Assembly (NCBI RefSeq): GCF_902713615.1
Contig: NC_052172.1
Span: 6,677,337 to 6,741,336 of the forward strand
Reading direction: 5' to 3'
From: Scyliorhinus canicula
Lineage: Eukaryota
DNA length: 64,000 nt
In this document: piece by piece, positions 45,822 to 59,735 of the stretch
Layout of the letters: the number at the start of each line of letters is the position of its first letter
Numbering within the stretch: the first letter of the stretch is position 1
Notes under the pieces: model-generated
What the model saw: the letters and a program-made list of their open reading frames with translations, nothing else
Told to the model about the DNA's origin: nothing
Database searches by the model: none
Position numbers and translations under genes: made by a program

Positions 45822-45941
45822 CATTTCCTTCAAGTTTATAGTATGGCTCTTCACAGCTGTACTTGCTCTGTGATTTGTAAAAGGTGGATGTGAAATTACT
45901 GTATCCATTCTTCAATTTTGCTGGATATCCACAGTCCACAG
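45822..45941 (-). CDS. C1S: C1s-like exon, CCP2 first half
   Basis: tctcag|CT VDCGYPAKLKNGYSNFTSTFYKSQSKYSCEEPYYKLEGN G|gtgagt; 120 nt. Confidence 0.93.
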
Positions 45942-46639
45942 CTGAGAAAGGGAGATTGTACTTTAATAAAGCTCAGTCAGGTATCAGATGCACCCTCAAA
46001 ATTCATTATTCCAGTAATCATTTGTACAAATATTTATTCTATATATTTATTGATCTTTTTCTACGATTGATAAATTCCAGGTTTCGCGCCTGAAAAATTC
46101 CATCACGTTCAAATCGCAATTCCCAGAATATCCTTCACCATAAGATCATGGACTGGATGCTCCGTCGACGGGATGCTCCGATTTGCCGGTTGTGCACTCA
46201 CGCCTGCGGATTTCCAGACAGCGCGGGTGTGCCCACAATGGGAAACCCCATTGAACGGCTGCTGGGACAGAGGATCCCGTTGCCGGCGGGGAGTGCCGCA
46301 CCAGAAAACTGGAGTGGCAGGACAGAAAATCCCGATGCATGAATTAATTCTGCCGTGTTACAAATGACCAGGTCAAAAATAGTTTCTGACCGGATGGTGC
46401 CGGAAGAACAAAGTGTATCAGGCTATCTGGCCCCGTGAGCCTGCTGTGTTGTGTGATATGGTCACAGTTGATACTGAGATTCAACTCCCCAGGAGATTCG
46501 GTTCCTGGGAGATGGGACAGGGCGGTGGGGGAAGTGAGGTCTAGAGATCGCCCTTGATACCCCGAAACACCAAAAATCTGTCTATCCCATCCTGAAATTT
46601 GTTCAATCATACAACATCCAAAATGGCAGAACCCTGAAG

Positions 46640-47345
46640 AGTATAAACAGAGGGATCTGCGTGTACAGGTCCACAGGTCACTGAAAGGGGCAACGCAGAT
46701 GGAGAAGGTTGTCAAGAAGGCATGCTTGTCTTAATTGGCCGCGCTATTGAGTACAAAATTTGGCAAGCCATGCTGCAGCTGTACAGAACCTTAGTTAGGC
46801 CACACTTGGAATATAGTGTTCAATTCTGGTCACCACACTACCAGAAGTATTGGGGATGGGGGGCTTTGGAGAGGGTGCAGAAGACGTTTACCAGGGTGGT
46901 GGCTGGGATGGAGGGCATTAGGTATGGTTGGATAACTTGGTTTGTTCTCACTGGAACAACAGAGGTTGAAGGTGACCTGATAGAAGTCTACAAGATTATG
47001 AGGGGCATGGACAGAGTGGATAGTGTGAAGCTTTTTTTCCCAGGGTGTAAGTTAATTACGGTAAGACATAGGTTTAAGGTGCAAGGGACAAAGTGTAAAT
47101 GTGCCAGAGACGTTTTTTTACACAGAGGGGAGTGGGTACCTGCAAACTCGCTGCCGGAGGAGGTGGTGGAAGCATGTATGATAGTGACGTTTAAGGGGCA
47201 TCTTGACAAATACATGAATAGGATGGGATTAGAGGGATACGGACCTTGGAAGTGTGGAGGGTTTTAGGTTAGATGGGCAGCATTGCCGGCGCAGGCTTGG
47301 CGGGCCGAAAGACCTGTTTCTGTGCTTTACTTCTCTTTGTTCTTT
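46640..47345 (+). mobile_element. Degraded CR1 3' fragment
   Basis: LVRPHLEYSVQFWSP motif and tail. Confidence 0.85.
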
Positions 47346-48554
47346 AACCCTCTAGGGAACCCTGAGCACTTTTCGAGTGAAGAAGTGTGTCCTCACCTCG
47401 ATCCGGAATGATCGGCTCCTTCTGCTGAGAATCTATCCCTTGTTCCAGCCATGTCAACCCTGTCAAAACCCAGTCAGAATCTTGTATGTTTCACAGAGAT
47501 CAGCTCTCATTCTCCCATAGAACATCAGCCCAGTTAACTCAGCCTCTCGCCACGGGGCAATCCTCTGATCCCAGGATCCAGTGCAAGTGTATCTTTCAAT
47601 AATTATCGGCCTGAATTTTTCGCATGGCAGAGGGTCAGCCCTTCCGGAGAGTCGACAGGGAACATACCCTGGTGACAGGTCCGTTATAATGAGCATTGAC
47701 TGGCAGGAGACAGATGATCCATCTTCACTAGGGCAGACGTCCCACGTTGGAGAGCTGCTGGCCAATCAGATTAACATGCTGCAGGCCCTCTGGACACTGA
47801 GTTTCAGTGGCCGTTAGAGGCGAAAAACATGGATCTCAGTGTCAGAGCGTAGAGGCAAAGTGAGTGGCAGGGATCCTGGGAGGATATGGGACACCTGGAG
47901 AGGATGTTGGTGGGGGAGAGGGTGGGGGGGGGGACGGGGGGGTGGGGGACGACAACAATTGGTATCCTGAAAGATTGGTGAGGGTGGTGGGGAGAAAGAG
48001 GTCCTGAGGTCTCCAAACGCTCAGGTGCCGATGTCTGCCCCCACCCCCGGCCACATCCGTCTCACCAAGATTTAGGTATTTCAATTTTTCTGTTCCTCCC
48101 CCAATTGCTCATTCATCCCTTATTCATTCACTGGAATTCAGGCTCGGTGGGTGAAGGTCCTTAAGTGGCCATTGACTGGTCAGTTACTGACATTAGCAGG
48201 AGAAATGGCATGCTTCCCCCACTCCCACCCCCCACTGAGGCCCTGCCCACCCCATCGTACAATTGGCACCAAGGTGGCAGTGTCAGGGTGCCTCCAATCC
48301 CCTGAGAGACTCTGACGAGTGTCATTCCGTCTGGCCCTTGTTTGTGGAGACCAGCACTGAGCGCACTGGCCCAAGTGGAAGGGGATCGATCCCAAATCCT
48401 CGGGAAACTGAATATCAAAGTGAGGCTAGCTGTCTCTCTCTAATACACAGATCCAGCAGAGGGCAGCAGAGCAGAGCTACTGATCAGCTGTTCTGGGCAA
48501 ATTTGCATACGTGCAGTGCGGTCAGCCTAATTTGAAGGTGGTTTGTGGAGGGGC

Positions 48555-49952
48555 TGTTGTCAAGAGATAACCCCGGTAACTATAGGCCGGTGAGCCTAAC
48601 GTCTGTGGTGGGTAAATGCTTGGAGAGGATTATAAAAGATACGATTTATAATCATATAGATAGGAATAATATGATTAGGGATAGTCAGCATGGTTTTGTG
48701 AAGGGTAGGTCATGCCTCACAAACCTTATCGAGTTCTTTGAGAAGGTGACTGAACAGGTAGACGAGGGTAGAGCAGTTGATGTGGTGTATATGGATTTCA
48801 GTAAAGCGTTTGATAAGGTTCCCCACGGTCGGCTATTGCAGAAAATATGGAGGCTGGGGATTAAGGGTGATTTAGAGATGTGGATCAGAAATTGGCTAGT
48901 TGAAAGAAGACAGAGAGTGGTAGGTGATGGGAAATGTTCAGAATGGAGGTCAGTTACGAGTGGTGTACCACAAGGATCTGTTCTTGGGCCGTTGCTGTTT
49001 GTCATTTTTATAAATGACCTAGAGGAGGGCGCAGAAGGATGGGTGAGTAAATTTGCAGACGACACTAAAGTCGGTGGAGTTGTAGACAGTGCAGAAGGAT
49101 GTTGCAGGTTACAGAGGGACATAGATAAGCTGCAGAGCTGGGCTGAGAGGTGGCAAATGGAGTTTAATGTGGAGAAGTGTGAGGTGATTCACTTTGGAAA
49201 GAATAACAGGAATGCGGAATATTTGGCTAATGGTAAAATTCTTGGTAGTGTGGATGAGCAGAGGGATCTCGGTGTCCATGTACATAGATCCCTGAAAGTT
49301 GCCACCCAGGTTGATAGGGTTGTGAAGAAGGCCTATGGTGTGTTGGCCTTTATTGGTAGAGGGATTGAGTTCTGGAGCCATGAGGTCATGTTGCAGTTGT
49401 ACAAAACTCTAGTACGGCCGCATTTGGAGTATTGCGTACAGTTCTGGTCGCCTCATTATAGAAAGGACGTGGAAGCTTTGGAACGGGTGCAGAGGAGATT
49501 TACCAGGATGTTGCCTGGTATGGAGGGAAAATCTTTTGAGGAAAGTCTGATGGACTTGAGGTTGTTTTCGTTAGAGAGAAGAAGGTTAAGAGGTGACTTA
49601 ATAGAGGCATACAAAATGATCAGAGGGTTAGATAGGGTGGACAGCGAGAGCCTTCTCCCGCGGATGGAGGTGGCTAGCACGAGGGGACATAGCCTTAAAT
49701 TGAGGGGTAATAGATATAGGACAGAGTTCAGAGGTGGGTTTTTTACGCAAAGAGTGGTGAGGCCGTGGAATGCCCTACCTGCAACAGTAGTGAACTCGCC
49801 AACATTGAGGGTATTTAAAAGTTTATTGGATAAGCATATGGATGATAAGGGCATAGTGTAGGTTACATGGCCTTTAGTTTTTTTCCATGTCGGTGCAACA
49901 TCGTGGGCCGAAGGGCCTGTACTGCGCTGTATCGTTCTATGTTCTATGTTCT
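48555..49952 (+). mobile_element. Young CR1 RT fragment, close to the 34826 copy
   Basis: 438-aa ORF 48545..49861, nearly colinear with ORF 34922..36415; (gttctat)n tail. Confidence 0.93.
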
Positions 49953-50819
49953 ATTTACCAAAAGTCAACCCACCCACAATGGGAGTGGGGTGTCTCGGCT
50001 TCTATCAGACATGTGCCACAGCAAGCTGCTTTTCAGAAGCTGTGTGGCCGTTCAATTGCGCCCTTGTCTCCTCGAATATAAAGTCCTGTCTGCAGATCTG
50101 GATTCAGCAGCGCAGTGGTCACAGCACAGTTCAGGTGTAGATCACCTCAAAGGCACAGCTCCCCTTTCCCCAGTACTGGTGCCAGTGACCCAGGAATTAA
50201 AATCCATTTCACTCCTGCTAATCTTTGAACCGTGCACTCACCTCTGATCTTCGTTTTCCTATGTCATTTTGCTCATGCCTTAGGTAGCACCGCGGATTAC
50301 AACCTTTCTGCCTTTTAATTTAAATCAATAGCTGCTAATACCCCTCAGTATAATCTCTTTCTCAGTCCTGCCTATATTTGCCTATTTGAACTGTCCAATG
50401 TACATTAAGGTTAAAGTTGTTCACTATTATCGTGTTATTTTTATTACAAGCACAAGTTATTATTACAAGTTATTTCTTAATTTATACTCTGCCTACAGTT
50501 GCTAGTTCACACAATCACAGAATAACACAGCACAGAAGAGACCCTTCGTCCCATGGAGTCTGCGTTGACACATGGAAAACACCTGACTTCCAACGTGATC
50601 CCATTTGCCAGCACTTGGCCCATAGTCTCGAATGTTAAGACGTGCCGTGCTCAGCCAGGTACATTGTAAAGGATGTGAGGCAACCCGCCTCTACCACGCT
50701 CCAGGGCAGTGCGTTCCAGGCCGTCACCAGTCTCTGGTTAAAATCCCCCCAAAACCTCCTGCCCCTCACCTTGAACTTGTGTCCCCTTGTAACTGGCAGG
50801 GGGATGGGAACCAGATTAG

Positions 50820-53790
50820 GAAGTTAGAGTTCAGTAAAGAGGCAGCAACTAAAGCCAGTAAGGTACTAGATAATAAACTCATTGTGACTCAGGGGAAGAG
50901 TAGACAGGGAAGAGATGATGAACGCAAAGTGACAGGTGGTCTGAGGTGCATTTGTTTTAGTGCGATAAGTGTAGCAGGTAAGACAGATGAACTTAGGGCT
51001 TGGATCAGTACCTGGGAATATGATGTTATTGGTATTACTGAGATTGGTTGAGGGAAGGGGAGGACTGGCAACTGAATATCCCAGGGTATAGATCCTTCAA
51101 GAGGGCTAGAGAGGGAGGTCGAATGGGTGGAGGAGTTGCATTGCTCGTCAGAGATGATATCACAGCTGTGATTAAAGAGGGCACGATGGAGGATTCGAGC
51201 ACTGAGGCAATATGGGTGGAGCTGAGAAGTAGGAAGGGTGCAGTAACATTGTTGGGACTTTACTACAGGCCTCCCAAAAGCGAGCATGAAGTAGAGGTAC
51301 AAATATTCAGACAGATTATAGAAAAATGTAGGAGCAATAGGGTGGTTGTGATGGGAGATTTTAACTTCCCCAACATTGAATGGGATTCGTGTACTTTTGG
51401 CGGTGTAGATGGAGCAGAGTTTGTAAGGAGCATCCAGGAGAGCTTTTTTTAGAGCAGTATGTAAATAGTCCAACTCGGGAAGGGGCCATACTGGACCTGG
51501 TATTGGGGAATGATCCCGGCCAGGTGGTTGATGTTTCAGTCGGTGATTACTTTGGGAATAGCGATCACAATTCCGAAGTTTTAGAATACTCATGGACAAG
51601 GACAAGAGTGGTCCGAAAGGAAGAGTACTAAATTGGGGAAAGGCAGAGTATAACAAAATTCGGCAGGAGCTAGGGAATGTGCATTGGGAGGAGATGTTTA
51701 AGGGTAAATCCACATTTGAAATGTGGGAGTCTTTTAAGGAAAGTTTGATTAGAGTGCAGGACAGACATGTTCCTGTGAAAATGAAAGATAGAAATGGCAA
51801 GATTAGGGAACCATGGATGACGGGTGAAATTGTGAGACTAGCTGAAGTGAAAAAGGAAGCATACATAGGATCGGGGCAACTCAAAACTGATGAAGCTTTG
51901 GAGGAATATCGGGAAAGTAGGACGAATCTTAAACGCGCAATAAAGAGGGCTAAAAGGGGTCATGAAATATCTTTGGCTAACAGGGTTTTATTCATATGTA
52001 AGGAGCAAGAGGGTAACTAGAGAAAGGATTGGCCCAGTCAAAGACAAAAGAGGAAATTTATGCGTAGACTCAGAGGAAATGGGTGAGATTCTTAATGAGT
52101 ACTTTGCATCGGTATTCACAAAGGAGAGGGACAAGACAGATGTTGAGGCTTGGGATGGATGTTTAAATACTCTCGGTCAAGTTGTCATACGGAAGGGGGA
52201 AATTTTGGATATTCTAAAAGACATTAAGGTGGACAAGTCCCCAGGACCGGATGGGATCTATCCCAGGTTACTGAGGGAAGCGAGGGTTGAAATAGCTGGG
52301 GCTTTAACATATCTTTGCAGCATCCTTGAGCATGGGTGAGGTCCCGGAGGACTGGAGAATTGATAATGTTGTCCCTTTGTGTCAGAAGGGTAGCAGGGAT
52401 AATCCAGGGAATTATAGACCTGTGAGCTTGACGTCAGTAGTAGGCAAACTGTTGGAGAAGATACTGAGGGATAGGATCTATTCACATCTGGAAGAAAATA
52501 GACTTATCAGTGATAGGCAGCATGGTTTTGTGCAGGGAAGGTCATGTCTTACAAACCTAATAGAATTCTTTGAGGAAGTGACAAAGTTAATTGATGAAGG
52601 AAGGGCTGTAGATGTCATATACATGGAGTTTAGTAAGGTGTTTGATAAGTTTTCCCATGGCAGGTTGATGGAAAAATTGAAATCGTATGGGGTTCAGGGT
52701 GTACTAGCTAGATGGATAAAGAACTGGCTGGGCAGCAGGAGACAGAGAGTAGTGGTGGAAGGGAGAGTCTCAAAATGGAGAAGGGTGACTAGTGGTGTTC
52801 CACAGGGATCCGTGCTCGGACCACTGTTGTTTGTGATCTACATAAATTACCTGGAGGAATGTATAGGTGGTCTGATTACCAAGTTTGCAGATGCTACTAA
52901 GATTAGTGGAGTTGCAGATAGCGAGGAGGGCTGTCAGAGAATACAACAAAATATAGATAGATTGGAGAGTTGGGCAGAGAAATGGCAGATGGAGTTCAAT
53001 CCAGGCAAATGCGAGGTGATGCATTTTGGAAGATCAAATTCAAGAGCGGACTATATGGTCAATGGAAGGGTCTTGGGGAAAATTGATGTACAGAGAGATT
53101 TGGGAGTTCAGGTCCATTGTACTCTGAAGGTGGCAACGGAGGTGGATAGAGTGGTCAAGAAGGCATACAGCATGCTTGCCTTCATCGGAAGGGGTATTGA
53201 GTACAAGAGTTGGCAGGTCATGTTACAGTTGTATTGGACTTTGGTTCGGCCACATTTGGAATACTGCGTGCAGTTCTGGTCGCCACATTTCCAGAAGGAT
53301 GTGGATGCTTTGGAGAGGGTGCAGAGGAGGTTCACCAGAATGTTGCCTGGTATGGAGGGTGCTAGCTATGAAGAAAGGTTGAGTAGATTAGGATTGCTTT
53401 CGCTGAAAAGACGGAGGTTGAGTGGGGACCTGATTGAGGTCTACAAAATTATGAGAGGTATGGACAGGGTGGATAGCAACAATCTTTTCCCAAGAGTGGG
53501 GGTGTCAGTTACAAGGGGTCACGATTTCAAGGTGAGAGGGGGAAAGTTTAAGGGAGATGTGCGTGGAAAGTTTTTTACGCAGAGGGTGGTGGGTGTCTGG
53601 AATGCTTTACCAGCGGAGGTAGTAGAGGCGGGCACGATAGCATCATTTAAGATGCATCTGGACAGGTATATGAACTGGCGGGAACAGCGGGAAGTAGACG
53701 TTGGAAAATAGGAGACTGGTTTAAATAAAGGATCTGGATCAACCCAGGCTGGGAGGGCCGAAGGGCCTGTTCCTGTGCTGCAATTTTCTT
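50820..53790 (+). mobile_element. CR1 with frameshifted ORF2 (APE + RT)
   Basis: ORF pieces 51048, 51380, 51592, 51962 and 52326..53711. Confidence 0.93.
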
Positions 53791-54009
53791 TGATCTTTGT
53801 TGGTCCTTCAACGAAGGGGAACAGCTGCTCCCTATCCACCCTGCCCATGCCCCTCATAATCTTGTACACCTCAATCAGGTCACCCCTCAGTCTTCTCTTG
53901 GAGGGGTTTTCCCTTGCTATTTCTTAGTTCCATCCAAGCAAATTCTACATTTTCATCTTTGGGCCAAGATCATTTCTCATGACTGTACTGATCCCGCCCT
54001 CTGTTAACA

Positions 54010-57000
54010 GAGAGTTGCTCTGATCCCAGTGTTAGCGGGAAAGAGAGGTTTTAAACTAATGTGGCAGGGGGATGGGAACCAATGCTGGAAGTTGGAAGGT
54101 AGTAAAACAGGGACAGAAACAAAAGGAAGTAAGGGGAAAAGTGCAAGGCAGAGAAGACATAGTCAGAAATCCATAAGGGCGACAGTACAAGGTACAGTGA
54201 CTGAGGGGAGCACAGTGAATAGGCCCAGTAATAACAAAAGGAATAAAACTGGAGATGTTAAGATTCAAAACAGAGGTTAAAAAACCAACATAAGTGTACT
54301 TTACCTGAATGCTCGTAGTATTCGGAATAAAGTAAATGAGTTGGTGGCACAAATCATCGTAAATGACTATGATTTAGTGGCCATTACTGAAACATGGTTA
54401 AAGGATGGTCACGACTGGGAGTTAAATATCCGAGGGTATCAAACTATTCGGAAGGACAGAGTGGATGGTAAGGGAGGTGGTGTTGCTCTGTTATTTAAGG
54501 ATGACATCCGGGCAATAGTAAGGGATGACATCGGTGCTATGGAGGATAAGGTTGAATCCATTTGGGTGGAAATCAGGAATAGTAAGGCGAAAAAGTCACT
54601 GATAGGAGTAGTCTATCGGCCACCAAATAGTAACGAGATGGTGGGGCAGGCAATAAACAAAGAAATAACTGATGCACGTAGAAATGGTACAGCAGTTATC
54701 ATGGGGGATTTTAATCTACATGTCGATTGGTTTAACCAGGTCGGTCAAGGCAACCGTGAGGAGGAGTTTATAGAATGTATCCGTGATAGTTTCCTAGAAC
54801 AGTATGTAATGGAACCTACGAGGGAACAAGCGGTCCTAGATCTTGTCCTGTGTAATGAGACAGGATTGATTCATAGAACATAGAACATAGAACGATACAG
54901 CACAGTACAGGCCCTTCGGCCCTCGATGTTGCACCGACATGGAAAAAATCTGAAGGCCATCTAACCTACACTATGCCCTTATCATCCATATGCTTATCCA
55001 ATAAATTTTTTAATGCCCTCAATGTTGGCGTGTTCACTACTGTTGCAGGTAGGGCATTCCACGGCCTCACCACTCTTTGCGTAAAAAACCCACCTCTGAC
55101 GTCTGTCCTATATCTATTACCCCTCAATTTAAGGCTATGTCCCCTCGTGCTAGCCACCTCCATCCGCGGGAGAAGGCTCTCGCTGTCCACCCTATCTAAC
55201 CCTCTGATCATTTTGTATGCCTCTATTAAGTCACCTCTTAACCTTCTTCTCTCTAACGAAAACAACCTCAAGTCCATCAGCCTTTCCTTATGATCTCATA
55301 GTTAGGGTTCCTCTCGGAAGGAGCGATCACAATATGGTGGAATTTAAAATACAGATGGAGGGTGAGAAAGTAAAATCAAATACTAGTGTTTTGTGTTTAA
55401 ACAAAGGAGATTACAAGGGGATGAGAGAAGAACTAGCTAAGGTAGACTGGGAGCTAAGACTTTATGGTGGAACAGTTGAGGAACAGTGGAGAACCTTCCA
55501 AGCGATTTTTCACAGTGCTCAGCAAAGGTTTATACCAACAAAAAGGAAGGACAGAAGAAAGAGGGAAAATCGACCGTGGATATCTAAGGAAATAAGGGAG
55601 AGTATCAAATTGAAGGAAAACGCATATAAAGTGGCAAAGATTGCTGGGAGATTAGAGGACTGGGAAATCTTTAGGGGGCAACAGAAAGCTACTACAAAAG
55701 CTATAAAGAAGAGTAAGATAGAGTATGAGAGTAAACTTGCTCAGAATATAAAAACAGACAGTAAAAGTTTTTACAAATATATAAGACAAAAAAGAGTGAC
55801 TAAGGTAAATATTGGTCCTTTAGAGGATGAGAAGGAGTTTTAATAATGGGAAATGAGGAAATGGCTGAGGAACTGAACAGGTTTTTTGGGTCGGTCTTTA
55901 CAGTGGAAGACACAAATAACATGCCAGCGACTGATAGAAATGAGGCTATGACAGGTGAGGACCTTGAGAGGATTGTTATCACTAAGGAGGGAGTGATGGG
56001 CAAGCTAATGGGGCTAAAGGTAGACAAGTCTCCTGGCCCTGATGGAATGCATCCCAGAGTGCTAAAAGAGATGGCTAGGGAAATTGCAGATGCACTAGTG
56101 ATAATTTACCGAAATTCACTAGACTCTGGGGTGGTCCCGGTGGATTGGAAATTAGCAAACGTGACGCGACTGTTTAAAAAAGGAGGTAGCCAGAAAGCAG
56201 GAAATTATAAGCCAGTGAGTTTAACTTCGGTAATAGGGAAGATGCTGGAATCTATCATCAAGGAAGAAATTGCGAGGCATCTGGATAGAAATTGTCCCAT
56301 TGGGCAGACGCAGCATGGGTTCGTAAAAGGCAGGTCATGCCTAACTAATTTAGTGGAATTTTTTGAGAACATTACCAGTGCAGTAGATAACGGGGAGCCG
56401 ATGGATGTGGTATATCTGGATTTCCAGAAAGCCTTTGACAAGGTGCCACACAAAAGGTTGCTGCATAAGATAAAGATGCATGGCATTAAGGGTAAAGTAG
56501 TAGCATGGATAGAGGATTGGTTAATTAATAGAAAGCAAAGAGTTGGAATAAATGGGTGTTTCTCTGGTTGGCAATCAGTAGCTAGTGGTGTCCCTCAGGG
56601 ATCCGTGTTGGGCCCACAATTGTTCACAATTTACATTGATGATTTGGAGTTGGGGACCAAGGGCAATGTGTCCAAGTTTGCAGATGACACTAAGATGAGT
56701 GATAAAGCGAAAAGTGCAGAGGATACTGGAAGTCTGCAGAGGGATTTGGATAGGTTAAGTGAATGGGCTCGGGTCTGGCAGATGGAATACAATGTTGACA
56801 AATGTGAGGTTATCCATTTTGGTAGGAATAACAGCAAACAGGATTATTATTTAAACGATAAAATATTAAAGCATGCCGCTGTTCAGAGAGACTTGGGTGT
56901 GCTAGTGCATGAGTCACAGAAGGTTGGTTTACAAGTGCAACAGGTGGTTAAGAAGGCAAATGGAATTTTGTCCTTCATTGCTAGAGGGATGGAGTTTAAG

Positions 57001-57610
57001 ACTAGGGAGGTTATGTTGCAATTGTATAAGGTGTTAGTACGGCCACACCTGGAGTATTGTGTTCAGTTTTGGTCTCCTTACTTGAGAAAGGACGTACTGG
57101 CGCTGGAGGGTGTGCAGAGGAGATTCACTAGGTTAATCTCAGAGCTGAAGGGGTTGGATTATGAGGAGAGGTTGAGTAGACTGGGACTGTACTCGTTGGA
57201 ATTTAGAAGGATGAGGGGGGATCTTATAGAAACATTTAAAATTATGAAGGGAATAGATAGGATAGATGCGGGCAGGTTGTTTCCACTGGCGGGTGACAGC
57301 AGAACTAGGGGGCATAGCCTCAAAATAAGGGGAAGTAGATTTAGAACTGAGTTTAGGAGGAACTTCTTCACCCAAAGGGTTGTGAATCTATGGAATTCCT
57401 TGCCCAGTGAAGCAGTTGAGGCTCCTTCATTACATGTTTTTAAGGTAAAGATAGATAGTTTTTTGAAGAATAAAGGGATTAAGGGTTATGGTGTTCGGGC
57501 CGGAAAGTGGAGCTGAGTCCACAAAAGATCAGCCATGATCTAATTGAATGGCGGAGCAGGCTCGAGGGGCCAGATGGCCTACTCCTGCTCCTAGTTCTTA
57601 TGTTCTTATG
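54010..57610 (+). mobile_element. CR1 ORF2 interrupted by a younger antisense CR1 fragment
   Basis: APE 54341..54883, continuation from ~55292, RT 55846..57516, (ttcttatg)n tail. Confidence 0.93.
54873..55290 (-). mobile_element. Nested young CR1 3' fragment
   Basis: ORF 54966..55277 almost identical to the C-termini of the 34922 and 48545 ORFs; host reads ETGLIH|DLIVRVPLGRSDHN across it. Confidence 0.92.
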
Positions 57611-58140
57611 AAAGACAGCTAGTCTACCTTTGTTTCTTCACAAAATGACAAGTGCTCCTGAATACAAACACATCGCAGAATTGTAAATCAGACCAAAATA
57701 TTGAACACTGTGCCCCATCAGGTGATGTTAGGCAAGGTGGGCCACAACTTAATTGAAAGCAAGAACATATTTGAGGTAAAAAGAGAAAATATCTGGACAA
57801 TCTGAACAGGTCTGACAATATCTGTGGAGAGTGAAGGGAGGTAACCTTTTGAGTCTGGATAACTGTCAACTTTGAAAAAGAGTCACCCAGACTCAATAGT
57901 TAGATGCCTTCTCTCTCCACAGATGCTGTCCGTTGAAATTGTCCAGTGTTTTCTCTTTTTGTTTCAGATTCCAGCATCAGGAATAAGTCACTTTTATCAA
58001 CAAATTTGAGAAGGTGTTTGACTGACTCCTGTTCCTACGTGAACAGTAGTTTACTCAATAGGTAACGTTGGGGGAGCCAGTATTGAGGGGAAATGACAAA
58101 TAGAGAGACCTATTCTACCCCCACCTATCGGGATACTTAC

Positions 58141-58228
58141 GCACGCAGGAGTACGGGATACTGTTCCAGGTCCCATCCTTCTGGCAATGCACCATGGCAT
58201 AGTCAATGTACTGACTTTCTTGTGTATC
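58141..58228 (-). CDS. C1S: C1s-like exon, CCP1 second half
   Basis: ttgcag|DTQESQYIDYAMVHCQKDGTWNSIPYSCV C|gtaagt; 88 nt, phase 0/1. Confidence 0.92.
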
Positions 58229-59369
58229 CTGCAAGGTTAAGTTTAGGAAACCATATTATAGCAGATCATAGAAACCTGATGCGAGTTCTCAAGAGTGAGC
58301 CATTAGCTGTGGTTCTGTGACATCACCAACGGGGGGAGACAGAGAGCAGAGTGAATGAGTGACATGGGAACTGGTGGAATTTCAATTCAATTAAATTAAA
58401 TCAGGAATATAAACCTAGTCTCAAAATCGAGGGCCATGAAACTATCAACTGTCGTTAACAAAAACCCATTCTGGTTCACTAATTGTGGTGATTATCCAGT
58501 ACATCTTTACACTAATGTCCTTTGAGGAAGGAAATCTGCCATCCTTACTCAGTCTGGCCTACACGTGACTCCAGATCCACACCAACCTTGGGAGCTCTGC
58601 TGCAGACCTTCCTCCAAACTGAAAAAAAAAAATCAATTTTTAACCTCTATCTTTCCTGTCACTCGGCCAATCTCGTATCTGTGTTTCTACTATCCCTTTT
58701 ATTCAGTGAGTTCGAAATTTGCTCACAAGTCTGTTGTGTGGTACTTAATGAAATGTGTTTTGGATGTATAGGCATGCCACATCAACAATATCACTCCCAT
58801 CGGCAGCACGGTGGTGCAGTGGGTTAGCCCTGCAGCCTCACGTTGCTGAGGTTCCAGGTTCGATCCTGGCTTTGAGTCACTGTCCGTGTGGAGTTTGCAC
58901 ATTCTCCCTGTGTTTGAGTGGGTTTTGCCCCCACAACCCAAAGATGTGCAGGATTAGATGGATTGGCCGCGTTAAATTGCCCCTTAATTGGAAAAAATTA
59001 AGTGGATAAATTTATTTTTTAAAAATCATCCTCATCGACCCTCTCTGTTACCTCTTCAAAGAAAATCCAGCAAATTGGTTGAACACAATTTGCCCTCAAC
59101 AAATTAACCCGTAGTTTCCTAAGGGAACATTAATTTTGCCTCTAATTATCATTTCTAGAAGTTCCCCCAGCATTGAGGTCAAACGGACTGGTTTGCAGTT
59201 GTTGAGTTTACCCTTACACCCATTCCTAAACAAGGGTGTAACATTTGCATTTCTCCAGTCCTCTGATACTATTCCGAGTGGGAAATTATTGTCAAGACTC
59301 TGTAGTTTTCACCCTAATTTCCCTCAGTATCCTTAGATGGATTTAATGCAGTCTTGGAGTCTAATTCTT

Positions 59370-59735
59370 GTTTTTCATTTGTTCATGGGACGTGGGCGTT
59401 GTTGGCTGTGCAAATATTTATTGCCCACGCCTAATTGCCCTTGAGAGGGCAGTTAAGAGTCAACCACATTGCTGTGGGTCTGGAGCCACATGTAGGCCAG
59501 ACCAGGTAAGGACGGTAGATTTCCTTCCCTAAAGGACATTAGTCCTGATTGGTTTTTATAACAATCGACAATGGTTTCATGGTCACCGTTAGACTTTTAA
59601 ATCCAGATTTTTATTGAGTTTAAATTCCATCAGCTGCCATGATGGGATTTGAACCCGGGTCTCGAGATCATTATCCTGGGTCTCTGGATTACTAGTCCAG
59701 CGATAATACCACCGACTATGCCACCGTCTCCCCAA
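59370..59735 (-). mobile_element. DeuSINE-like SINE (partial plus-strand copy at ~58360-58590)
   Basis: gtcctttagggaaggaaatct...ccttacctggtctggcctaca core and tRNA-like head; recognised from memory. Confidence 0.6.

Noticed and set aside
50889-51884. 331-aa minus-strand ORF and similar ORFs (734..1396, 35661..36098, 48685..49122)
   Set aside because: Antisense or off-frame shadows of CR1 and SINE sequence.
57624-57896. Cys-rich ORF as an extra C1s-like exon
   Set aside because: Overlaps a Penelope-type repeat; the flanking CCP exons already join in phase without it.
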